Assembly: GCA_002269645.1 (NCBI GenBank)
Contig: NIVC01000173.1
Location: 682,001 to 746,000 of the forward strand
From: Macrostomum lignano
Taxonomy: Eukaryota
DNA length: 64,000 nucleotides
Direction: 5' to 3'
This document shows positions 25,071 through 41,300 of the stretch, in pieces. Positions within the stretch are counted from its first letter, which is position 1; each line of letters opens with the position of its first letter. Below the pieces are notes generated by a model. It was not told the DNA's origin, did no database searches, and saw only the letters and a list, made by a program, of their open reading frames with translations. A program made the translations under genes and the position numbers.

Positions 25071-28000
25071 TTAGTCGTCATATTCAGCATCCTGGTCGTT
25101 GTCAAGAAGATGCTGAGCCTGACCAACAGGATAAACGTCGGCAGAAACCACGGCCGCAGCGGCTGCAGCTTCCGCAGCCTCATCATCATCATCATCATCA
25201 TTATTATCATCATCGTTCTCATCTTCAATATCTTCTTCTTCTCCATCATTGTCATCCTCTTCTGCATCAACAGTCTCAATAGGCTTGCCGCTAATCTCTG
25301 CTTTGGCTGATTTCATAACGGGCTCGGGCTCTTCAACCGCAGAGGCGGCGGCCGCGGCAGCCAATTGAGCTGCAGTGGGAGCTCGCCTTGTATATTTTCT
25401 TTTCTGACGCGGCTCCGCTGTAGCCGCTGTTGTTGCTGCTGTTGTTGCAGAGTTTGCCGCTTCTAGGAGTCGTTTCGGTTTTCTGCCGCGCTTTTTTGGC
25501 GCCGTCGACGATGAAGACGCGCCGCCGACGGAGGCTGCAAAAATTGCCGACGAAGAAGATGCGGAGCCAGCAGCTGTGGTGGAATCGTTAGGCAGAGTGT
25601 CGCTGAGAGCCTTGATCTGCAGTTCTTGCACATTGCGGACCAACTTTCTGGCGAAGCTGAACTTCTCCTCGCGTTCAATCACGTGCTTCCTGGACGAAGG
25701 GTGAGTGATGTTGGCCTTCGTGAGATGGCTCTCCTACCCCATTGTTGACTTCATCAGGTGCCTCTCCTACCCCATTGTTGCCTTCATCAGGTGCCTCTCC
25801 TACCCAATTGTTGCCTTCATCAGGTGCCTCTCCTACCCCATTGTTGCCTTCATCAGGTGCCTCTCCTACCCCATTGTTGCCTTCATCAGGTGCCTCTCCT
25901 ACCCCATTGTGGTTGCCTTCATCAGGTGCCTCTCCTACCCAATTGTTGCCTTCATCAGGTGCCTCTGCTAGCCCATTGTTGACTTTATCAGATGCCTCTG
26001 CTACCCCATTGTTGCCTTCATCAGATGGATTCTGCTACCCCATTGTGGTTGCCTTCATCAGATGGATTCTGCTACCCCATTGTTGCCTTAATCAGATGGA
26101 TTCTGCTACCCCATTGTTGCCTTCATCAGATGGGTTATGCTACCCCATTGTGGTTGCCTTCATCAGATGGATTCTGCTACCCCATTGTTGCCTTAATCAG
26201 ATGGATTCTGCTACCCCATTGTGGTTGCCTTCATCAGATGGATTCTGCTACCCCATTGTTGCCTTCATCAGATGGATTCTGCTACCCCATTGTTGCCTTC
26301 ATCAGATGGGTTTGCTACCCCATTGTTGCCTCCATCAGATGGATTCTGCTACCCCATTGTTGCCTTCATCAGATGGATTCTGCTACCCCATTGTGGTTGC
26401 CTTCATCAGATGGGTTTTGCTACCCCATTGTTGCCTCCATCAGATGGATTCTGCTACCCCATTGTTGCCTTCATCAGATGGATTCTGCTACCCCATTGTG
26501 GTTGCCTTCATCAGATGGATTCTGCTACCCCATTGTTGCCTTCATCAGATGGATTCTGCTACCCCATTGTGGTTGCCTTCATCAGATGGATTCTGCTACC
26601 CCATTGTTGCCTTCATCAGATGGATTCTGCTACCCCATTGTGGTTGCCTTCATCAGATGGATTCTGCTACCCCATTGTTGCCTTCATCAGATGGGTTTTG
26701 CTACCCCATTGTTGCCTCCATCAGATGGATTCTGCTACCCCATTGTGGTTGCCTTCATCAGATGGGTTTTGCTACCCCATTGTTGCCTCCATCAGATGGA
26801 TTCTGCTACCCCATTGTTGCCTTCATCAGATGGATTCTGCTACCCCATTGTTGCTTTCATCAGATGGATTCTGCTACCCCATTGTTGCCTTCATCAGATG
26901 GATTCTGCTACCCCATTGTTGCCTTCATCAGATGGGTTTTGCTACCCTATTGTTGCCTCCATCAGATGGATTCTGCTACCCCATTGTTGCCTTCATCAGA
27001 TGGGTTTTGCTACCCCATTGTTGCCTCCATCAGATGGATTCTGCTACCCCATTGTTGCCTTCATCAGATGGGTTTTGCTACCCCATTGTTGCCTCCATCA
27101 GATGGATTCTGCTACCCCATTGTGGTTGCCTTCATCAGATGGGTTTTGCTACCCCATTGTTGCCTCCATCAGATGGATTCTGCTACCCCATTGTTGCCTT
27201 CATCAGATGGATTCTGCTACCCCATTGTTGCCTTCATCAGATGGATTCTGCTACCCCATTGTTGCCTTCATCAGATGGATTCTGCTACCCCATTGTGGCT
27301 TCCTTCATATAATAACACCTTCTGCCATTAGTTAGACGCTTAGGTAGAATATCAAACAATCGAAAAACTTGTGTAACACTCACAAATGCGACACAGAGAT
27401 GGTTTTTGTTAAATTGTTTCGCTGAGCCAATTGAAACGATTCGCTAATGAGATTTTCAACAAACAGTTCCAAAGCGCGAGCTGAAAAAAATAGCAAAAAT
27501 GATTTTTAATAGATTGATTTTGTCTAGACCAGCCTCGATTCAAAGAAAAACTGATTACAAAATTGATTTGTCAAAAAATAAAAGAACCTCACACACAACA
27601 GGTGGAACAGTAGCTGACACCTTTCCAACCTCCTTGTCCAATTGCATAATCTTCTTGATGCGGCCCTAAAATAATAAATATGTATATTTGTTAGATAATG
27701 CTTCAACTTGAACCAGAGCGACATGCTAACAACCTGTGTCTGTAGCAGTCAGGTATTCAGGTGCTGAAACAACATGAAAGTTGTGCTTCATTTTGCAACT
27801 GCATACAAGTGATCATGGAAAATTGTCTTGTTATATAAGGAAAGAAAAGTGGAGCACAATTGTGCATCTCAAGAAGGGGAAGGGGGCTTCATAAGACCAC
27901 AATTTTACAATGCTAAAAACCTTATTTCACAAGACCAAAACTTCATAAAACTAAAATTTCACATTGTATCAAACTTAATATGCAAGGCCTTTTATAATCC

Positions 28001-30788
28001 ATAATCTGTATATACTTTCAATTTGTGATACTAGTATAATAAATACTTCTAAAAATTTTAAGAAAACTAAATCCAATTATACTAAATCTCTCCATATATT
28101 AAACATGGTTTGTCAATAGGTAAGTAGATATTTATGTGATCAATTAGAGAAGAAATGGCTCTATCGATTTTCTTCAAACTTGCACTGTTTGATCAAAAAT
28201 GTTTCTGAGATGGTAGATGCATCACAGAATACCACAGAATGCTCAATCGATTAGTAGAATGCGACTCGAATTAAAACACCATAGATGCTACTCTTCCTGT
28301 AAAGATTTATAAGTAGTTGTAACTAATTGATAACGTTAAAGTAGCAGTTTACTGCTTGGGCGAGCTCCTAGAGCAGTCGATGTAATTGAAATTATGCGAT
28401 TGTTATAAAACTTAAGTGGCAAGATCTTATGGCGGTTAACAATCACTCAACCAGTATTGGATTCCATACTGTATAAGCAAAAAACTGTAAACAATTTAAC
28501 TTAAGAACAATAAAAGGTTCGCAAATGGAAAGAATGTAGTTACACTTCTGCAGCGCTTAAGTAAACAAATTCAAAATTGAAAACAATGTACTTGAGGATA
28601 AGGTTGAGGATTGTGAAGCGCAGCAGAAGCAGGACTGCAAGGGTCTGGCCATGCCAACACACTTTGAACTAACGGTGGCTTTCCACTGCTTAAAAAGCGC
28701 ATTCCCAGCTCGTGACATTGATTTGGGCAGGTGTACATATCATCCCTGAAGTGTAAACTGCACACAACCGCTCTCTTCCATTTGTGTTTGTTTGCTTTTC
28801 TTGCCAAAGGTCAGCTTAAAACAATTGGCAAGCCCAGTCTTCGCACCTGAAAGATGCAACATTTTGAACACTAATAAAGTGATTCTGAAATCAAAAAAGA
28901 AAACTCATACCACAGGAGTCAACTACGTGTTCTCTGAAATACATACCTTGCACTGTCTCCAGAAGGAAATGCATGAAATCGTGTCAAATGGGGCACTTGT
29001 AGGCATAGGAATTGCAGCCATAAGCTGCGCACTGGGCTTGAGATTTTGTCATGATAGCACCACACTGCTCTTCGCCTCAGAATAAAAGAATGTTCATTGA
29101 TCTACAACGTATGATTACTAAAAAAACAGAAGACAAAAATCACAAGCCCATGCAAGTGATATCATCTATGGTGATTCTTCTTCATACTACTTTCCCACAG
29201 CTTCACAGGAAGAGTAGCACAAGGCAAAAAAAAATTTGCATTGAGATCTTTTCTTCAGGGTGGCTGAATGAGCATTCTATGGTATTCTGTGATATGCATT
29301 GTGGCTAAGAAATTGCTTGATGCTAAAGGGATCAAATATTTAAAAAATCATGTCTATAAATATATGGCATGCATATTGCCATGTAACCAAGAGAACTATT
29401 AGGCCTATCTTTGCTCGATTAATTTTGTCAAACCTTTTGCTTTTAGATTTAGTTTTCATGGCAATTTGAAATATAAATGACTCTATTTTAGTTATCAATA
29501 TAATATATAGTGTTAGGCAAGTTACTCAGAAAAAGTAACTTGCACATTATAATTTAAGTTACCACTTTTTTACAAAAACCTGGTAACTTTTAAGTTATTG
29601 TCTGTTACTCACTTTTATTACCCATGTTATTAACAAAATTAAAAGCAATTGATTCACTATTACCATATCCACTATGACCAGTGATAGATAGATTCTAACT
29701 CATTATTGACATTGTTATTACCAAAATTTGCCATTGGGCATTGGGTTTAACCAATTAATAGACAGAGATAGGAATTGGCAATACAATGTAAAGCAAATAG
29801 ATAGACCAATGGGCAATGGTAACCAATAATCAATATAAAGTAAAATAAATAGAACAATATAAAATGATATAGTGCAGTGTAGTGCTAGTGGACTTGTGGA
29901 GGCTATAGATGAATTTCTTTCTTTGGTTGTTTGTTTTTAAGAACTAGACCTAAACTAAATATTTTTATTAACTGGAAAATTAAAAGCAAAATTATTTTAC
30001 CAAAATTAACAAAGTAAAAACATGTTTCAACTTCAAGTATTTTTTATTAATTATAGCACAATACTATACAATAATATTTACATAATTTTGAATTTAGGAA
30101 TGACAAATGCTAAAAAATGTGACAACTGGCATAATAGCCAAGCATATCACTTTTAAATTTAATTATTGCAATTGTTGCAAAGTAACTATGGCCTTAACCA
30201 GACTTTCAAAATGAGTAATTTACTGTTACTATATTATAAAGATAGGAAAGTAACTTGCTTAAGGAACACTTTACAAAAAAGTAACTTGCATTACCATTTG
30301 CAAGTTAGGCCTAATTGATAACGGAAGTGCCTAACACTAGGCCCCCTAATATTAAAATAATATAATCTATAAAATTGCTAGCTATTTTAACTAGGTGGCT
30401 AGGCCTAGGTGACTATTTTTTTCATTTGGTAAGCCCACTTAATTGCAACATAGAAAATACTGCCAAAATTGATCAATTGTTTATCATAATCATACATGAC
30501 TCAGTCATAGAGTCAGATATCATGAAAAGTTAATAATGCAAACTAGGCCTATTTTTGTAAAACTAGAGGTAAGGTAAGCCTATAATATATATTCTACTTT
30601 AGACCTAAGCATATTTCTCTAATCAGTCACAGCAAGGCTAAGACCTTAGCTTAGGCCCCAGTCTAATGAATGCATTGAAGAAATGTTACATGTTGAGTAT
30701 ATATTAGACCTAAAAATAAAAGGCCATATAGAATAAGCCAACTTACAGCAGGAAATCGAGCTGAAAACTTGCCTCGCTTGAGAGGCAT
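25071..30788 (-). CDS. DRAP1: Dr1-associated corepressor / NC2 alpha (histone fold), 4 exons, 276 aa
   Basis: complement(join(25071..25689,27384..27480,27593..27665,30747..30788)) = 831 nt, GT-AG and in phase. Reads MPLKRGKFSARFPA|GRIKKIMQLDKEVGKVSATVPPVVS|RALELFVENLISESFQLAQRNNLTKTISVSHL|KHVIEREEKFSFARKLV, matching recalled DRAP1 RFPPARIKKIMQ.DEEIGKV...SRALELFLE...SHLKQCIE. The first three exons are absent from the ORF track in this frame. Confidence 0.93.
25710..27300. repeat. Minisatellite, 33/34(37)-bp unit CCCCATTGTTGCCTTCATCAGATGGATTCTGCTA (DRAP1 intron 3)
   Basis: About 46 tandem units: a 33-bp sub-array followed by a 34-bp sub-array. Source of the 363-529 aa spurious ORFs. Confidence 0.95.
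28600..29052 (-). pseudogene. Decayed THAP-domain gene or transposase 5' end (THAP12/PRKRIR-type), with one intron, nested in DRAP1 intron 1
   Basis: MTKSQAQCAAYGCNSYAYKCP-(fs)-HLTRFHAFPSGDSAR|intron 28847..28946 GT-AG|CEDW-(fs)-LANCF-(fs)-ADL-(fs)-ARKANKHKWKRAVVCSLHFRDDMY. All four C2CH ligands and the FP, W and HF residues are present, but there are several frameshifts and no downstream transposase domain. Confidence 0.75.
29508..30339. mobile_element. Putative MITE with 12-bp terminal inverted repeats TAGTGTTAGGCA (hAT-like)
   Basis: TAGTGTTAGGCA at 29508..29519 and TGCCTAACACTA at 30328..30339, with subterminal AAGTAACTTG/GTTAC motifs at both ends. No target-site duplication is recognisable. 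Confidence 0.5.
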
Positions 30789-32344
30789 TTTTTAGAAGCA
30801 GATATTTTTTAGACCAAATCGACAGAATAGTAAATAAATAGAATCCTGGAGGTGGAGGTTATGTAAAAGAAAACTAGACGTTACTAGTAGGTCTACTTTT
30901 ATTAGTTTTGCTGTAAATCAATCATATCACTCAAAGTCTTTATAATATTTGAAAAGCCACTTTTTATTAAGACCACTCCTACGGTATCCTCGAAACTTGC
31001 TTACTACGACTTCTATTTTAAGTTGCTAAAATGTTCACAGTCTAGCGATTTCGTGACGAAAAATTTATTCTTCGAGGTAAAATGTTTTTTAAATGTTAAA
31101 AAATATCACTTAAACCTTTATATACTTTAACAAAGCAGCTTGACTGGAACGATATTTTAAACACTCTTTTGAGAAGCAAAATGTCCTTTGTTACTAAACT
31201 AATTTCTTTGACTATAATGCACAAAAATACTTGATGCTAAGTCACGAAAAATCGTAAAACTAATACTTCATCCTTCACATTAATTACAACTTTACACAAG
31301 TAATCTCTCTAAATCTCTATTATCTCCTGAATGAACTATAGAGAACATAAGTTGTGCTTCCTAGTATAAAAAATATCTTCAAACATGCGCAGTCTAGCTA
31401 ATTTGTAGTTTGCACCATTAAAAAATTATAGCGAAGACTTCTGTGTAAAGTACATTTAGCAAGCTTATTATTGTTTCTACATGCCCTCGTCCAAGTACGC
31501 CATATTCGGTAGAATACACTATGCTGCATATGACCTGTCAGTGCGATGATGGGGGAACAGACCATTCGCCTTCTGTGCTTTAACTGGCACCGGGTCAACG
31601 TGTGCATGCGGTGACGGTTGATCGAATACGGCATCATTCAACAACCAAATCACATATTATAGTGCGGTCGATCCCTCTACGGGACGCAAATTACATGTAT
31701 GTACCCACGTAACCAAAGATTTCGCGAACGGTTTGCTTTACTATTGCGAAGCAATATGCGGCGATAACGATCGCCTGGCGAAATCACAGCGACACTGCGA
31801 CATCATTGAATTGCGCGCGCGATTTGCGTATGGCCGGCGAGGCACAGTTTTTTATTATATATCAAAATTCTAAACATGCATTTTTATTATTCGATCCAAA
31901 GGCACTTTAAAGAATTTTAGTCTGCTCCGACGATCGATCAAACGGAGCTAATTTTTTCTCGCTTCCCGAACAGTATCAAAATGTCGGGTCAACCCGCCAG
32001 AGCGCTGCATGGGTCAAATTAAATTACATCTATAATGCAGCTCAAACTGCATTCCTGCAGTGTGTAACTGCAGCCTGCAGCTATATTAAGTCAATTGTAT
32101 AGATGGCAAGGAACAAGGGAATGGGCAGCCGACTTTGCCAAGTTTAAAACGGATCTTTGCTGGACAAACATGTATATTCATGGCCCATGACAATTTATTT
32201 GTGATGATCGACTGGTCACGACAATCTGCAAGCTATGTAGAATGTATTTTTGGATCTTTCCATTGCGCATGTACATGTATGTATACATGCACATGCAAAT
32301 CATGACTAGCTTCATGGGGATTGAACTAAGGGCGTTCCATCTAC

Positions 32345-32390
32345 TGACGTCATCTGACGTCAGTGACGTTGGCCGACGTTTTCCGACGTC
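32345..32390. promoter_or_regulatory. Cluster of CRE-like elements (2 perfect TGACGTCA plus 3 GACGT cores)
   Basis: TGACGTCA at 32345 and 32355; GACGT cores at 32346, 32356, 32365, 32375 and 32385. Lies in the divergent intergenic region between DRAP1 and the ATP-grasp gene. Confidence 0.35.
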
Positions 32391-33447
32391 TAGCTATTGG
32401 CGTCAAAATACTTTTACCATCTTTATTATAGGATATCGCGGACATTTGGCCGACTTAAATGTATATTATAACACTGCCATCCACGAATGTAACAATTATC
32501 TGCGAGCGACGTTCACCAATCGACGTCGGGTACGTTTGGTACATATACGTGGGCGGACGTCGGAATGATCGAATTGCACGGATTGCCGCCCATTCCACTA
32601 ACCACTGAGACAACCACGACCAGCTGATATCGACTGGTACCGGTGTCTGCAGCATATGCATGTTCTCCCCTCCGGTGAGTCCAAGGATATGGGTTTGGGC
32701 CATGATGTACGCTGTAGGCGATTGAGCCTGTCCCAAGTAAAGGCATACAATTGGCATGCCACAGATGAAGCGCTTCGCATACTTAACAACTGAGAGGCAG
32801 AACGAATATTCTTCACTACTACGCTCTGTGGATCTGTGTAGTATAAGTTTCGACGTTTCCCTCTTGGACTTATTTAACGAACGTTCTGGTTGGCAAACTT
32901 CCGCGGTTGCATGTGGCAAGCGGACCCGTTAAATACATGTAGATGTCAGGGATAGCAGTACGTCTGGATCATCATCGAAATTTCGTCCGGCACAAACACA
33001 CAGACATCATTTTCATGAAGTCCCGTCGAGTCTGATCTTACATGTGGTCAGGTTTTACGGGTAATGTTTCAGTGAATATAAATAACCTTTCTTTCGTGTC
33101 CACACCATGCATAAACGTCGAGTCGAGCCCCTCTTTTGACTTCCAAAAACACACCGGCGCGCGATCTTCTTTTTCTGTTCCGTTTATGGCTTTATATTTT
33201 TGATCTCTCTCTTATCTAGTCTTTCAATCGCGGCTTGCCTCTCATGCGCATGCAATGTGTACTCAGCCAAGCCCTCACCCTCCCTCAGAGGCGCGGCACA
33301 TTTGAAAGCTTTGAAAATCGTAAATTAAGTAAAAGACAGCGTGCATACAGTGACACTAGTGACAGAACTGCATACAAAACCGCATGAACATCGAACCAAC
33401 CAACCAATGCAAGTATGCACGAATTCGGAGCAACCCCAAACCTCTGC

Positions 33448-33456
33448 TATTTAAAA
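33448..33456 (+). promoter_or_regulatory. Possible TATA box (TATTTAAAA) of the ATP-grasp gene
   Basis: About 100 nt upstream of the ATG at 33556, with GC-rich flanks. Confidence 0.3.
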
Positions 33457-33555
33457 CGCGGCGCTGGATATTAGCAGTGCATTAGTAACCTACTTAATTA
33501 GCTTTATGCTATCAAATATTGAATTTTCTGCTTTGAGACGGAGCACATCAGAGAC

Positions 33556-37636
<4,081 letters not shown>

Positions 37637-38308
37637 GTTGCAAGCTTATTTTATCACCGAGAAATTAACAAACATTAGTCAAATATTCTTTCTGGTTACA
37701 AATAATATTTGTTTTGTTTTTCTCAAAGCTCCACAGCGTATTTATGAAATTCATTGCGTTGGTGCAAAACGAAAGTTATAACTAACTTTTTAATTGCAAA
37801 TTCGAATTTTAGACATGCTGAGGACAATTTGGTATAAGCTGCAGCAACTTATTTATAACTGCCATTAATTAGCTAATCTCGTCAATAGTTAAATGAATTT
37901 TGCTTAAAGTACAACCTTGCTGTTTGTCAGATATTTTAATTCAATTAAAATTAAGGGCGGTAACTTTCTGTAAGAAAATAATTAAAAAAATATATTATAA
38001 ACTTTGCTGCTGATAGTGAACCAATACAAGCGTTGTTAATTTGTTTAAATTTGTTAAAACGGCACTTTTTTAGTTAATCGTTTAATTACAAAACCTACCG
38101 TGAGTTGCTGGATAAAAATTGCCCAGTACATGTGGATAGTAAAAAAACGCCGACAAGCTACTGTTAGTACAACGGTGGAATATGATGCTTAAAAATTTCA
38201 AAGGGCTGAAAAACTTTCATGGCAAATATATATAAAATGAAAATGAAACTAATGAGCTCGGCAAGTAATTGAACACTGCCTCAATAGTTTAACTTGTTCA
38301 GGTGTCTG

Positions 38309-41300
38309 TCAAACGTAGATCGGAATTTTTCGTTTCCCAGACCGCTTATCAGCAATCAGAGGCGTCTCTTCCTCCTCTTGTCGCTGATGGTGACCGCCGG
38401 CTTTGATCTTGCCGCCGCTGCCGCTGCCGCCGTCTGCTGTTGGATCTGGACCTTCCACTTGGCGATACTGACCGCCAAGTCCTCGACGCTGTCTCAGGGT
38501 AAAGCAAGCCCAACCGGCAATGATGCACAGGCAGACGGCAAGCACGAGAAATTCTACCAGCGATATTAGGCGGAAGTTCCACCCGGCCAGTGGTGAGTCG
38601 GCTGGCACTGCCAGAATGCCTGGGTCAGCAAGGTGAGGGTTTGGTAATGGTTTGGGGCGGAATTGGGTGTCTGCTTCACTGTGTAATTTTTTTTCCATTT
38701 TTATCTTGATTTCTACTACCATCTTGTTGATTCTATCTGAGTTTGATATGACTCTACTCATCAAAATTCCACTTATATCTACGCAAATCAAGGACCACTA
38801 GAAAAACTTCATTATACATGTAGAATGAGTCTAGTCTCGTAGTCTCTGACCCTACTACTCACCCTACCGAAACCCTACCTAAACCTACCTACTTTACCCA
38901 AACCTACTTACTTTGCCCAAACCTACCGAAACCCTACCCAAAGCCTTCCGAAGCCCTACCCAAAACCTACCGAAACCCTACCCAAAACCTACCGAAACCC
39001 TACCCAAAACCTACCCTAACCCAGCCAAAACCTACCGAAGCCCTACCCAAAACCTACCGAAACCCTACCCAAAACCTACCCTAACCTACCCAAAACCTAC
39101 CGAAACCCTACCCAAAACCTACCGAAACCCTACCCAAAACCTACCCTAACCTACCCAAAACCCTAGCTAACCTACCCAACCGACCCTACCCCTCTCCTAC
39201 TCTACCAGACTCAGCAGCGGCCGGAGCTCCCCTCAGCGCCAGAGCATCCAGCCCGGTCTCCAGCTGCAGGGTGTCGTAACCAAAACCCAAGCTGTCGGAC
39301 CTGGCAAACCGGTCAGCCACGGTCACGGGCGGAAAAAATGGCACCATATTTGAGCGACGCGAGTGACCAACCGGTGCGCCATCGACTGGCAGATTTTTAT
39401 CGGGATCGGCCGCATCCGGGCTGGATCGAAGCCACACTTCGAATAGTTTGTCAACGAAACAGTGATGAAGCCAGAATAGCGGATCGTTCGGGCTGAGAGC
39501 CACGTCTAGCCAGGTGCCTCTCATGTAGCTGTGCACCTGTCAGGGTGAAATGTTGCACACCGAATGTGTCAAAATGTTTGTCAGACGTTGAAAATAGAAT
39601 TCAGATGGTCAAAGTAAATTTTAAAACAAATTGGGTGTCATTACCTCCAAATTAGGATTCATTACTCCTAAAATGGGCGTCATTGCCCCTAAAATGGGTG
39701 TCATTACTCCTAAAATGGGTGTCATTACCCTAAAATGGGTGTCATTGCCCCTAAAATGGGTGTCATTGCCCCTAAAATGGGTGTCATTGCCCCTAAAATG
39801 GGTGTCATTGCCCCTAAAATGGGTGTCATTGCCCCTAAAATGGGTGTCATTGCCCCTAAAATGGGTGTCATTGCCCCTAAAATGGGTGTCATTGCCCCTA
39901 AAATGGGTGTCATTGACCCTAAAATGGGTGTCATTGCCCCTAAAATGGGTGTCATTGCCCCTAAAATGGGTGTCATTGCCCCTAAAATGGGTGTCATTGC
40001 CCCTAAAATGGGTGTCATTGCCCCTAAAATGGGTGTCATTGCCCCTAAAATGGGTGTCATTGCCCCTAAAATGGGTGTCATTGACCCTAAAATGGGTGTC
40101 ATTACTCCTAAAATGGGTGTCATTACTCCTAAAATGGGCGTCATTACCCTAAAATGGGTGTCATTACTCCTAAAATGGGTGTCATTACTCCTAAAATGGG
40201 TGTCATTACCCCTAAAATGGGTGTCATTACTCCTAAAATGGGTGTCATTGCCTCTTAAATGGTGTCATTGCCCCTAAAATGGGTGTCATTGCCCCTAAAA
40301 TGGGTGTCATTGCCCCTAAAATGGGTGTCATTGACCCTAAAATGGGTGTCATTGCCCCTAAAATGGGTGTCATTGCCCCTAAAATGGGTGTCATTGCCCC
40401 TAAAATGGGTGTCATTGACCCTAAAATGGGTGTCATTGCCCCTAAAATGGGTGTCATTGCCCCTAAAATGGGTGTCATTGCCCCTAAAATGGGTGTCATT
40501 GCCCCCTAAATGGGTGTCATTGCCCCTAAAATGGGTGTCATTGCCCCTAAAATGGGTGTCATTGCCCCTAAAATGGGTGTCATTGCCCCTAAAATGGGTG
40601 TCATTGACCCTAAAATGGGTGTCATTGCCCCTAAAATGGGTGTCATTGCCCTAAAATGGGTGTCATTGCCCCTAAAATGGGTGTCATTGCCCCCTAAATG
40701 GGTGTCATTGCCCCTAAAATGGGTGTCATTGCCCCTAAAATGGGTGTCATTACCTCCAAAATGCATTTCTTTAATTCTCACCAGGTTATGCATAAACTGC
40801 CGACCAGCGGTGCTAAAATCTCCGCTACTGTTGACAAAGCCTTCCAGAAGGTTGCGGAAGCTGTCATTGGCTGCGGACTGATTGTAGGGTGGTGAGTCAT
40901 AGCGGCTTGCATTGACTAGCAGGTAGGCTGTCTCCTCGATGCTGGGTAATCCGCCATTGTCACCATTGTCTTGATTGAAAAAATCGGCATTGTACGACCT
41001 CCACAATGGCTCCGCGTTGCTTCCGTCACCGCCGACGTCCTGGAACTTGGCCGGGTCGCAGGTGTGACAGGCGCCCGGGGATGAACGGCGCGGGCAGAAG
41101 GCGCGAAAGTTGGCAAAATCGCCGCCGACAAAACCCGAATCGGGATCTGAGTCGTCCGCTGTGTAGGGATGGTTGGGATTGGCGGTGAATTACTGTGTAA
41201 TCGCCCCTTCTGTTACTGTGTAATCACCCTCTCTGTTGCTGGGTAATCACCCCTTCTGTTACTGTGTAATCACCCTCTCTGTTACTGTGTAATCACCCTC

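Noticed and set aside
25705-27335. ORFs of 363-529 aa
   Set aside because: The 34-bp minisatellite is open in all three plus frames and lies in DRAP1 intron 3.
32455-32919. 154-aa minus-strand ORF in the DRAP1/ATP-grasp intergenic region
   Set aside because: No recognisable domain in any frame and no convincing splice partners.
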